Source: a virus
Lineage: Duplodnaviria; Caudoviricetes
Strand: one strand, 5' to 3'
IMG/VR virus record: IMGVR_UViG_3300020576_003495
Location: 64,001 to 128,000 of that record
DNA: 64,000 nt
In this document: positions 1 to 9,075 of the stretch, piece by piece
Layout: the number at the start of each line of letters is the position of its first letter
Position numbering within the stretch: the first letter of the stretch is position 1
Notes under the pieces: generated by a model
Told to the model about the DNA's origin: nothing
Database searches by the model: none
What the model saw: the letters and a program-made list of their open reading frames with translations, nothing else
Position numbers and translations under genes: made by a program

Positions 1-44
1 GTGCATGCGGTTCTCTACGGCATCGCTACACCAGTCTATCCATA

Positions 45-380
45 ATGTTCTACTCTATCCGCTGTTACCGTGGCGAAGGTCGGCACCGTGTCAATGACGC
101 GGTTATCAGCAATCTTCTCTCTGAACTACCTGCATGCATTCAACGCGGCAGAAATGAGCTTGATGATTCGGCGCATGGCAGTCAGCTTGTTACTGTGGAG
201 ATGGTGTTTCGTCCCGGCTTGCGTTTAGGGCAGATAGTTAAAGTGACAGAAACATTATTCGGTAGCTCATGGTATGCGAAAATAACAGGCATCAAGCATC
301 ATGTGCAGAATGCTAAGCTGACTACTGAATTAACTTTGCTGAAACCGACTGACTTCTTTGTTGGAAACTTATCTCCATGA
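45..380 (+). CDS. C-terminal part of a tail/baseplate-associated protein (probably starts upstream of the window)
   Basis: ORF ends in a hub-like motif (LRLGQIVKV...ITGIKH...TELTL) and heads a virion gene run. Confidence 0.45.
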   Translation: MFYSIRCYRGEGRHRVNDAVISNLLSELPACIQRGRNELDDSAHGSQLVTVEMVFRPGLRLGQIVKVTETLFGSSWYAKITGIKHHVQNAKLTTELTLLKPTDFFVGNLSP

Positions 381-604
381 ATCCCTTAGAGGCACTTCGT
401 AACCTGATAGCCCCACCGGCAAACAACACGCCGGGGACAGTTGTAGGTGCGCAAGGATCGCTAACCATGGTGAGAACTGCAACAGGAATAAAGCTAGTAA
501 AAGCAGGGTCAGCTTCATTTGGTTCAGTTGTTAATTTGGATTCAAGAAACGCGGTGGTGTCAGTGCAAGACTCAGATAACGTAATCCCTTCATTCAAGGT
601 GTGA
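377..604 (+). CDS. hypothetical virion-module protein
   Basis: ATGA overlap with the upstream ORF. Confidence 0.55.
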   Translation: MNPLEALRNLIAPPANNTPGTVVGAQGSLTMVRTATGIKLVKAGSASFGSVVNLDSRNAVVSVQDSDNVIPSFKV

Positions 605-605
605 T

Positions 606-986
606 ATGGCCGATACGATTGTTTTACCTAACCTAGCGGGTCTTGCTACACTGGACTCAGCCGCAGTTAATCCTGTTCCTTCCGCATGCGTCCTAGACAC
701 GGCAGCGGGTATTGGCGCAAGTTCTAATAATTCTTACCATGCCCTATGGCCGGGGGCATTTCAAGTTGATCCTGTTCCGGGCGGCACTGTTGTTCAAGTC
801 CAGTGGCGAGTCCACAAAGATGCGGCTTGGATTGTTCTATGGGATTCCAGTGTTGGGTCTAATGGGGCGACAGGGTTCTTGATGACTTGGCAGACTCCAC
901 CTAACTTTGTGCGTGCCGTTCGTACTAGCGGTTCGGGTGCTGTTAAAGCCTTCATGACAGTTCACGCTATGGCTAGCCAAGGTTAA
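606..986 (+). CDS. hypothetical virion-module protein
   Basis: Tightly packed ORF. Confidence 0.6.
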   Translation: MADTIVLPNLAGLATLDSAAVNPVPSACVLDTAAGIGASSNNSYHALWPGAFQVDPVPGGTVVQVQWRVHKDAAWIVLWDSSVGSNGATGFLMTWQTPPNFVRAVRTSGSGAVKAFMTVHAMASQG

Positions 987-991
987 TAACC

Positions 992-1363
992 ATGCCGTTT
1001 AATGTGAAACTGCCTCCGATTTATCGCGGTGCTGCCTATAAAAAGGCGTTCCGCTGGTTTTCTCAGGACGACGCGGGTGTTAAAACCCCGATTGATCTTG
1101 CGGGGAAGGCTGGCCGCATACAGTTGCGTTCTGCTGCGGGTGATGAACCTGTTTATGCAGATTGGAGTACTACGAACGGCAAGCTAATCTTTGATGACAC
1201 CAACAGAATCTCCATTGCTGTGCCACGATCCGAAACAGAGTCTTACGATTTTGATTTTGCACAGTGGGACTTATTGATCTGGCCTGTGGGAACAATAGAA
1301 GACGCTGAAGTTTTAATGCGCGGAAGCATCGCTGGCCCGCGTACAATCACTGATCTACCGTAA
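992..1363 (+). CDS. putative virion structural protein (baseplate upper/adaptor-like)
   Basis: PIDLAGKAGRIQLR...WDLLI pattern typical of small phage tail adaptors. Confidence 0.5.
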   Translation: MPFNVKLPPIYRGAAYKKAFRWFSQDDAGVKTPIDLAGKAGRIQLRSAAGDEPVYADWSTTNGKLIFDDTNRISIAVPRSETESYDFDFAQWDLLIWPVGTIEDAEVLMRGSIAGPRTITDLP

Positions 1364-1371
1364 GGATCAGT

Positions 1372-1926
1372 ATGACCAACGAAGAAACCGTCCTTGTTTC
1401 ACTGGCGCGTGATGTTGTCTTTGTTGAAGAAGAAGACTCATCTCTTGTTGTTTATGCAGAACAAGGGCCAAGGGGTATTCCGGGAATCAAAGGGGATAAA
1501 GGTGATAAGGGGGATGCAGGAACATCTGCATCACTATCCACCGATCCCAACAATCTATCCGTCATCGGCAGTGATGGGGGCATTTATACCCCCGAGAGAA
1601 ACCCTGTAGTTACCGTCAAAGACGAGGGGACTACGCTCGTTAGCTCCCTTGTTGCAATTAATTTCACAGGTTCGGGTGTATCTGCGTCGAACAGTGCGGG
1701 AACAGTCACGGTAAATGTTCCGGGTTTGTCGGGCGAATCCTATACACATACGCAGTCAATAGCTTCAGACACATGGATTATTGTTCACGGCTTAGGTAGT
1801 TACCCGTCTGTTACTATCATAGACTCAAGCGGTGATGAGGTTGAAGGCGAACTCAAGTACGTGTCAAGCAATGAAATTCATGTCACTTTTAGCGCAATGT
1901 TTGGCGGGACTGCTTATTTAAACTAG
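1372..1926 (+). CDS. collagen-repeat tail-fibre-like protein
   Basis: GPRGIPGIKGDKGDKGD G-x-y repeat; C-terminal HTQ..SDTW.I.HGLG.YP.V module. Confidence 0.65.
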   Translation: MTNEETVLVSLARDVVFVEEEDSSLVVYAEQGPRGIPGIKGDKGDKGDAGTSASLSTDPNNLSVIGSDGGIYTPERNPVVTVKDEGTTLVSSLVAINFTGSGVSASNSAGTVTVNVPGLSGESYTHTQSIASDTWIIVHGLGSYPSVTIIDSSGDEVEGELKYVSSNEIHVTFSAMFGGTAYLN

Positions 1927-1936
1927 GGGATTTACC

Positions 1937-3088
1937 ATGGCAAAGAAGATTTTAGTCAATTATGACTTTACCAAAAATGAAATACAAAATACGCTAGTTC
2001 ATAAGCTGGCTTCGGCACCGGGTTCCCCCGTTGAAGGTCAAATCTTCACGAATACCACAGCACATGATATGGAATATTACAACGGCACCATCTGGGTGTC
2101 GATGGATGCGACCAAACGAACAGGTATTCCACTTGCTAACCTAGCTACTGACCCGCTAGCCCGTGCTAACCACACAGGAACGCAATTAGCCTCAACGATT
2201 TCCGATTTCGATACACAAGTGCGTACTAGCCGTTTGGATCAAATGGCTAACCCAACAACGTCGGTTTCTCTTAACTCCCAAAAAATCACTAACTTGCTCG
2301 CCCCTTCGGCGGGTACGGATGCGGTCAATAAGACCTACGTTGATAATCTGTCGATGGGTCTTGATGTTAAAGGCTCAGTCAGGGCAGCAACCACAGCGAC
2401 AGCAGGTACCTACGCAAATTCAGGCGGCACATCAACACGCGGTCAGTTGACCGCTTGCCCGAATACCATTGACGGCGTTACCTTGGCTGGCTCTGATCGC
2501 ATTCTGGTAAAGGATCACGGCACACCTTCTGCTAATGGTATTTACGTTGTTAGCACTTTGGGTTCCGGCGCTAACGGTGTGTGGGATCGTGCTACCGATG
2601 CCGATGCTGATGGTGAACTCACTGCAAATGCCTTCGTGTTCGTTGAAGAAGGTACGCAGAACGCTGATACAGGCTGGACGATCACAACCAACGGAACAAT
2701 CATCGTCGGCGGTGCTTCGGGCACAGCCCTAACATGGGCGCAGTTCTCTGGTGCGGGTTCTGTTGTTGCGGGTTCTGGTCTGACCAAAACAGGTAACACA
2801 CTGGATGTTGGTTCGGGTACAGGCATCACGGTTGCCGCAGACAGTATCTCTATTGACACTGCGGTTGTTGTCCGTAAGTACGCTGTCGATGTGGGTGATA
2901 ACTCATCTACCGCTATTACGATTACGCACAACTTGGGAACCAAAGACATATCGGTTGAAGTGTATAATGCTTCGACACCTTGGGACACCGTAGAGTGCGA
3001 AGTTACTCGTCCGACCACCAACACAGCGACCTTAACTTTTGCCGTTGCGCCTACAACAGCGCAGTACCGTGCTGTCGTACAGGCATAA
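1937..3088 (+). CDS. tail fibre / virion structural protein
   Basis: Thr/Gly-rich; DAVNKTYVD and VRAATT...RILVK...NGIY motifs common in phage fibres. Confidence 0.7.
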   Translation: MAKKILVNYDFTKNEIQNTLVHKLASAPGSPVEGQIFTNTTAHDMEYYNGTIWVSMDATKRTGIPLANLATDPLARANHTGTQLASTISDFDTQVRTSRLDQMANPTTSVSLNSQKITNLLAPSAGTDAVNKTYVDNLSMGLDVKGSVRAATTATAGTYANSGGTSTRGQLTACPNTIDGVTLAGSDRILVKDHGTPSANGIYVVSTLGSGANGVWDRATDADADGELTANAFVFVEEGTQNADTGWTITTNGTIIVGGASGTALTWAQFSGAGSVVAGSGLTKTGNTLDVGSGTGITVAADSISIDTAVVVRKYAVDVGDNSSTAITITHNLGTKDISVEVYNASTPWDTVECEVTRPTTNTATLTFAVAPTTAQYRAVVQA

Positions 3089-3149
3089 TCTTGCACAGCT
3101 AGAGCTTACGCCATACAATAAGGGGTAAGCCTATTTACGGACGCTTTTA

Positions 3150-3941
3150 ATGGCCTTGAAGACTCTAGGCTTTAGGTCTTTGCCTAAAGTAACCGCCCTA
3201 CCCACACCCGTAGCTGGGCTAGAGGGTGTCACGGCAGAATTATCGTCCGACAAGAAGCCGTACTATTGCGATGGGGCTACTTGGGTTGACTTGTCTGCTA
3301 CGGGTAGCGGGGCGGGTCTAACCTACACCACTATAAAAACAAGTAATTTCGGCCCAACTGTAGGCACAGTAGTACGAGTTAACTCCACAGGCGGTGCTTT
3401 TACAGTAACGCTTCCAACCACCCCCGCAGATGGTTCGGTGGTCGGCGTTTTTGATGTCGCTAATTATTGCGGAACAACTCCCGTTTTGGTTTCTCCGGGC
3501 GGCGCAGATACCATAGAGGGTGCCACGGGGCTATCCGCAAACATAAACGGAGCCTACATTCTTTTAGTTTACAACTCAGCGACAACTAACTGGAAGCTAG
3601 CAGACACTTATGCGAATACCTATTCTGCTGCCCCTGCCCCCGCACCGATAACGACAAGCTTCCCCGGCTCAAACGCTACACCCCTAACAGGTGTTTCCCG
3701 TTATTATTTTTCAGCGTCAGCCACCTACACAACGATTATTGTGGGGTTATCTTCAGCACTGACATCATTCACAATAACCATTTATAAGAATGGTTCTTCC
3801 TCTGCTACACTGGTTTATTCTGGTGCCGCAGCTTATACATCGTCAGGCTCCATTAGCCTATCCGTGATTTCTGGCGATTATATTACGGTAGGCGCTGTAG
3901 GTAGTGGCGCTCTATTCGATCTTGTTGTAACTCTTAAATAG
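3150..3941 (+). CDS. tail-fibre-like protein
   Basis: STGGAFTVTLP beta-rich motif, Thr/Ser-rich. Confidence 0.6.
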   Translation: MALKTLGFRSLPKVTALPTPVAGLEGVTAELSSDKKPYYCDGATWVDLSATGSGAGLTYTTIKTSNFGPTVGTVVRVNSTGGAFTVTLPTTPADGSVVGVFDVANYCGTTPVLVSPGGADTIEGATGLSANINGAYILLVYNSATTNWKLADTYANTYSAAPAPAPITTSFPGSNATPLTGVSRYYFSASATYTTIIVGLSSALTSFTITIYKNGSSSATLVYSGAAAYTSSGSISLSVISGDYITVGAVGSGALFDLVVTLK

Positions 3942-3949
3942 GACTAATC

Positions 3950-4360
3950 ATGCTCGTCACTAAAAATGAAATACTGGCTAAGTGCACCCCAGAGGAAATA
4001 GCGGGTGGGAATTACCACGTTATTGCCGAGAAGGTTAACGCGGGGCGCACTAAAACTGAGCTAGTTCCCATATCCGATGTTCAAGCCTACCTGCAAGCCC
4101 AAGGGGTTTGGTGGGCACTAAAAACAGTAGCGTCGACGGATCACCCCGCAAAAGCAGCGGCAGAAGCTGTTATTGACGTAGCTAATGCGCGATACAACAA
4201 CATTGATACCTCGATTCCTTTGGTGGGTCAGATGTTGGGGGCGCTGCTGGCGACCAATGTACTAACCCAAGAACAATACGACCATGTAACCACTATGGGG
4301 GTTTCTCCCGACCTTGCAAGTTGGGAACAGTGCTTTAGCGCAATGAAAGAAGGGGTTTAA
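3950..4360 (+). CDS. hypothetical virion-module protein
   Basis: ORF with AGGA RBS. Confidence 0.6.
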   Translation: MLVTKNEILAKCTPEEIAGGNYHVIAEKVNAGRTKTELVPISDVQAYLQAQGVWWALKTVASTDHPAKAAAEAVIDVANARYNNIDTSIPLVGQMLGALLATNVLTQEQYDHVTTMGVSPDLASWEQCFSAMKEGV

Positions 4361-4361
4361 A

Positions 4362-4847
4362 ATGGCACTTAACTACGCGAGTTCGCAAACTGTAACGCTT
4401 CCGTCTGCCTTGAATTCTCTGGCAACAGGAAGTTCCGTGCAGAGTGACGTGGTAACAACAGGCACCAGTAACAACACGACAGATACCTTGGTTCACGTTG
4501 AAATAAGCATCGGGGCGATTACCGCATCAGCTTCAACCTATATCTCCATCTATGCCTTTGGCTCAGAAGATGGTACCGCTTATCCGGGCGGGGCGTCCAC
4601 GACTGAAGTATTGGGAGGCGGTAATGGCTCAGTGACGTTATCCGCCAACGGTAACAACCTGAAGTTCCTCGGAACAATCCAAGCCCACACAGCGAGCATT
4701 GTCATCAAGTCGGAACCGATGAGCATTGCTGCCGCCTTCGGGGGTATTATGCCGCGTAAGTGGGGTCTGGTTATCCAAAACAACACAGGGGCTAACCTCG
4801 CATCTTCTGGTCACGCAGCGAAGTACTCCGAAGTTTATTACAACTAG
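4362..4847 (+). CDS. hypothetical virion-module protein
   Basis: Coupled ORF, beta-rich. Confidence 0.6.
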   Translation: MALNYASSQTVTLPSALNSLATGSSVQSDVVTTGTSNNTTDTLVHVEISIGAITASASTYISIYAFGSEDGTAYPGGASTTEVLGGGNGSVTLSANGNNLKFLGTIQAHTASIVIKSEPMSIAAAFGGIMPRKWGLVIQNNTGANLASSGHAAKYSEVYYN

Positions 4848-4856
4848 GATTTACCT

Positions 4857-6404
4857 GTGAGCCGCCTGATACGCTCAGTGCTGCGTCCTCTGGCGATTTG
4901 TACATCTCAACCACAGGGTAATGCACAGATTGACCTATCCAATCCTATAAATGAAGGGTTGTCGTCGGCTTTTCCTTCGCTGGCGACTTACCCTGCTTAC
5001 GGAGAAGGCATACTCTACCATAACGTAAATTCGGAGAACACCCTTCGCGCTACTCGTCTTGGAGTTGGGCGTAGCTATGCTAGAAATGGGTATAACGCTA
5101 CTACTAGCGGTACGTCAATAGGAGGTATGACTGAAATCAGTGGTGATTACCCACAAACCGTAATGTTGCATGGGATACGTGGGGCATATGACGATACAGG
5201 GGCGTTTTTACTTGATGGTAACGTTGATGTTTACTTTTCTTCCTCGGGGCAATTAGCCTACGACTATGGTGGGGGTTTTGGGGCAACGACAGAAACAGTC
5301 GCCGTAGGGGGTGCTTATACTGTTTTTATGTGGGCGGCTGGGGGTAATATAACCGCAGTTGACCTCAACGGTGACGTGGTGTCCACTGTTGGTGGATTAA
5401 ACTGGGCTACGGGAAGGGCGCATACCCGTATCGGATGCCGCGAGGGTTGGGGTTTAATTAACGGCCAGATTATAAGTTTCCACAGATGGAAACGCTTTCT
5501 AACCGCAGCAGAGAGAGCTAGGTTAGTAGCTAACCCGTGGCTAATGTATCAAGCGCCCCAAAAACGCCTTCCTGTTATAGACATAGTTCGCGGCCCTGCT
5601 TTGACTCGTCAATCACGCTTGTTGGGCACAAGTTCAGGAAGCATCCCCACAGCATCAACGGCAGGATCACGAAAAATAATAGTTACTCAACAACCCCAAT
5701 GGACAGCCCAAATTGATTGGGGGAACCCTATCACAAAGGGGCTTGTGTTTGCAGTTAATGTCAATTGTAATCTTCCTTTGGAGTTGGTCAGGGGTATAAA
5801 GCCCACGTTTTCAGGGTCTTCTATTGTCACCACACCAGAAAAGTTTGGTGTTGCATCTCAATGTGTGGGGGGGTATTTAAACTACGGTAGGACAGGTGCT
5901 GATGACGTAACAACACAAGGCACTATTGTCTATGTGGGGAGAGCAGAAACAAACCCAGTTGATGTCCCTGTATTAACGTCTGATGAAGGGGCTTCGGGTC
6001 ACGGGATCACACTGGCTATTGATAACGTGTCCAGAGTTAATAACGGTGCATCGTCGTTCGCTAATAACGGGGCTTATGTTAACACCACAGGACATAACGC
6101 TGTTTCTTCCAACCTCATTCATAACGTTTATATCTATACGTGGGATGGTACAACGTGGCGCTGGTTCACCAACGGCAAGCAGGTTAACTCTGGAACGTCT
6201 ACCTTTACTTGCACAGCTAACGCAAACAGAACAACAAAACTAACTAATCGGTTTGTAGTTGGTACTCAGAACCACAGGGATGCTCTGCACCTAGTTTACA
6301 ATAGGGCGCTGACAGTGGGAGAAGCGATAAGCATTTCTTCTTCTCTTTTTTCTCCGTGGCAAATACTCAAATCTAACCCTAAACCGATTTGGGTGCCTAC
6401 ATGA
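4857..6404 (+). CDS. tandem LamG/concanavalin-like domain virion protein
   Basis: Two repeats starting IDWxNPI and ending (W/Y)xR.LT..E...L..NPW; YTWDG...NG motif. Confidence 0.6.
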   Translation: MSRLIRSVLRPLAICTSQPQGNAQIDLSNPINEGLSSAFPSLATYPAYGEGILYHNVNSENTLRATRLGVGRSYARNGYNATTSGTSIGGMTEISGDYPQTVMLHGIRGAYDDTGAFLLDGNVDVYFSSSGQLAYDYGGGFGATTETVAVGGAYTVFMWAAGGNITAVDLNGDVVSTVGGLNWATGRAHTRIGCREGWGLINGQIISFHRWKRFLTAAERARLVANPWLMYQAPQKRLPVIDIVRGPALTRQSRLLGTSSGSIPTASTAGSRKIIVTQQPQWTAQIDWGNPITKGLVFAVNVNCNLPLELVRGIKPTFSGSSIVTTPEKFGVASQCVGGYLNYGRTGADDVTTQGTIVYVGRAETNPVDVPVLTSDEGASGHGITLAIDNVSRVNNGASSFANNGAYVNTTGHNAVSSNLIHNVYIYTWDGTTWRWFTNGKQVNSGTSTFTCTANANRTTKLTNRFVVGTQNHRDALHLVYNRALTVGEAISISSSLFSPWQILKSNPKPIWVPT

Positions 6405-7192
6405 TAGGTCGTCAAGTGCCGTGCGGTGGACAAACACAAGACTGGGCCACTATTGACTGGGGCAATCCGATCACTCGTGGACTTTCGCTTGTGTCCACGG
6501 GAAATATGGCCGTCAATCTGGTCACAGGATTACCGCAAACCTATGCAGCGGGATCAGGCACGCTATCTAAAGTCGCAACCCCAAAAGGCACAGGATGGAC
6601 AGCCTCTGGTACAGGGGGGGCTAGTCTAAACGCAAGTGCTGGTGTGTTAGGAAACGGCGACATAACCGCGTTATTTTTTGGCAATCCGACTGCTAATTTG
6701 TTGGCTCAAACACCGATTTACCATACCGCTACAAGTGGAAAGATTTGGTTTTCAGCTAACAACGACGAGAACGAGACGCCTACTAACGGGCAGCTATGTC
6801 TAGGTCTGCTGGAAACAGGCGTAAATCGGTCATCGGTTAAAGTCGCAGGAGCAATCGACGGCACGTTTTCAACCTATCTGCTGGGTAAGACAAGCGGAAG
6901 TGGGCTAGCCTACAAGAACGGAATAAAGCTCACCCCTACAACCACGGGAACACTGGGGGGAAGTCCGTCAACCGGAAGTCCATCATACAAACTCCTAGGC
7001 AATAACACTGCCGGGGGTGGCGAGTGTACGGGTTGGACTATTTTAGTTTGTGCTTGGAATCGGCTTTTATCCGATGCCGAAGCGGCTTTAATAACATCAA
7101 ACCCTTGGCTTATTTTTAAAACCATAACAAAACCAATATTTATCAATATCCCCGCTAGCGCAGCATCTTATATAATGCAGTATTGGAGGTAG
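6401..7192 (+). CDS. LamG/concanavalin-like virion protein, paralogue of the upstream gene
   Basis: IDWGNPITRGL...WNRLLSDAE...NPW. Confidence 0.6.
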   Translation: MIGRQVPCGGQTQDWATIDWGNPITRGLSLVSTGNMAVNLVTGLPQTYAAGSGTLSKVATPKGTGWTASGTGGASLNASAGVLGNGDITALFFGNPTANLLAQTPIYHTATSGKIWFSANNDENETPTNGQLCLGLLETGVNRSSVKVAGAIDGTFSTYLLGKTSGSGLAYKNGIKLTPTTTGTLGGSPSTGSPSYKLLGNNTAGGGECTGWTILVCAWNRLLSDAEAALITSNPWLIFKTITKPIFINIPASAASYIMQYWR

Positions 7193-7196
7193 TGCC

Positions 7197-8684
7197 GTGA
7201 CGACTGTGAATCTATCCACCTTAGTTAGTCCGATAGCGACAAGCGGAACACCCGTTGAAGTGCGTGACGAGGGCGTGCAAAAGACGGCTGGGGTTTCCAG
7301 CTTTGACTTTGTTGGTGCGGGCGTTACTGTCACGGCTACAGGTGGCGCAGCTACTGTCACTATTCCGGGGGGAGGCAGTGCCGTTGCAGTAAAAGATGAA
7401 GGGGTATCCAAAACATCTGCTGCTACGTCTCTCGATTTTGTCGGCACAGGAGTTACTGTAACAAATTCTGGTGGTGATGTTACTGTGGCTGTAAACGGCC
7501 AAGATTCTATTCAAGTGCATCAAGTTGCTCACGGCTTTTCTGTAGGGGATATTGCACGCTGTGTTTTCGATACTTGGATTACTGTAGACACGTCTAACTT
7601 CGGCATGGGTGTTGTAACAGCCATTCAAGGTGTTGATGATTTTACGGTGACCTTCAGCGGGATAGTCAATTGCTTTTCCGGGTTAGAACCTGACGCTTCG
7701 TATTTACTATCAAGAACCGCTATTGGTACATTGACACGCGGGGATATACCTGCATCTCCCCCAGAGATGATGTCAAGGCTGGCCGGTAATACCGTTATTT
7801 TTGGTATGGCTTTAACAGCCACATCTTTACAGATCGTTCCCTATGAATCGGCTTTCGCCGACGCAAACGCTGTTTCGACGGTGTATTACTACGCGGAGTC
7901 TGATCCAAGTCAAAAATTTCTTTACTTAGACACGACAACAGACTCGTACTTGCCAGCCAGCGCGGCAAACGTAGCTACGCTAGCAACCGCCCTTTCTATT
8001 TGTTATGACGTATCGAATACTTTGGGTTTGGCTGTGCTTTTGGATGGCAGGGCGCGTCAGTTTGATTACGCTTTATATGGCGGTTTTTGCGGTGACCTTA
8101 CGTACCTTACACTAACTGGTTCACCCGGCGACTTAGTTTACCTAAGCGCCACTGTACCCGGTGGTGTTACTCTTACTCCCCCTGCAATACGTCAAGTAGT
8201 TGGCGTCATAGATTCCAGTAGTTCAATAGCGTGGGTCACACCTTATCTGGAAACAGTTGTCAGTATAGCTAACGAGGGCACACCTTTAACCCCCCACGTT
8301 TCTTCGCTAAATTTCACAGGCGGGGGAGTAACCGCATCTAATACTGGGTCTGCGGTTACGGTGGATGTTCCCGCAAGTATTACGGATCATGGTGCTTTGA
8401 GTGGTCTTGGTGATGATGATCACCCTCAATACAATGTTCTCGTTGCGGACGAAGGGGTAACAAAGACAACGAAAGCGGCATCAATAAATTTTGTGGGGGC
8501 TGGTGTTACGGCGACTAACACAGGTGACGATGTTACCGTTACAATTACGGGGGGCAGCAGCGGTATCGCAACTTACATACAGAACGCAACGCCAACGATA
8601 GCTCCGGGCGATAAAGCGTTGTGGATTCAAACAGGCTTAGGGGATGGTACCGGCATGACGTTTTGGATTGAGGATGGACTATGA
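7197..8684 (+). CDS. tail fibre protein with internal repeats
   Basis: Four copies of V.DEG...S.(D/N)F.G.GVT.T repeat, also seen in 1372..1926. Confidence 0.65.
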   Translation: MTTVNLSTLVSPIATSGTPVEVRDEGVQKTAGVSSFDFVGAGVTVTATGGAATVTIPGGGSAVAVKDEGVSKTSAATSLDFVGTGVTVTNSGGDVTVAVNGQDSIQVHQVAHGFSVGDIARCVFDTWITVDTSNFGMGVVTAIQGVDDFTVTFSGIVNCFSGLEPDASYLLSRTAIGTLTRGDIPASPPEMMSRLAGNTVIFGMALTATSLQIVPYESAFADANAVSTVYYYAESDPSQKFLYLDTTTDSYLPASAANVATLATALSICYDVSNTLGLAVLLDGRARQFDYALYGGFCGDLTYLTLTGSPGDLVYLSATVPGGVTLTPPAIRQVVGVIDSSSSIAWVTPYLETVVSIANEGTPLTPHVSSLNFTGGGVTASNTGSAVTVDVPASITDHGALSGLGDDDHPQYNVLVADEGVTKTTKAASINFVGAGVTATNTGDDVTVTITGGSSGIATYIQNATPTIAPGDKALWIQTGLGDGTGMTFWIEDGL

Positions 8685-9025
8685 GCCTTAGAAACGCTTT
8701 TGAAGACCTAGCCACAGAGAAAGGTTTGACGCTTTTGCGTCGAATATTCCAAGCACTGAAGCCTTTGGGTGTGGTTACGGGTAGCGGCAGTAATCGTTTG
8801 TCTGTTGATGTGAACAACGTCACAGGCGGAACCCTGATCGCAACCCAAGCCACAGCAGGTAACTTGAACTGCACTGCCACTATTGCGTCAGGAACGGTGA
8901 CCACGGTGACCACGGTGGCTACAATGAGCAACCAAACTAATATTGGCGGTGTTTCTGCTTTTGAGATGCTAAAAGCGATGTCCCGAACAGGCTACAATCA
9001 AGGTATTCGGTCACGTATTACATGA
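8681..9025 (+). CDS. hypothetical virion protein
   Basis: ATGA overlap; TVTTVTTV low complexity. Confidence 0.55.
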   Translation: MSLRNAFEDLATEKGLTLLRRIFQALKPLGVVTGSGSNRLSVDVNNVTGGTLIATQATAGNLNCTATIASGTVTTVTTVATMSNQTNIGGVSAFEMLKAMSRTGYNQGIRSRIT

Positions 9026-9075
9026 TGTCGCGTGTAACGATCACGACCCACATCAAATTACTCTAAGGATTTTTC

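Noticed and set aside
4857-7192. Diversity-generating retroelement template/variable repeats
   Set aside because: The similarity is protein-level paralogy; no adenine-specific near-identical repeat or reverse transcriptase seen.
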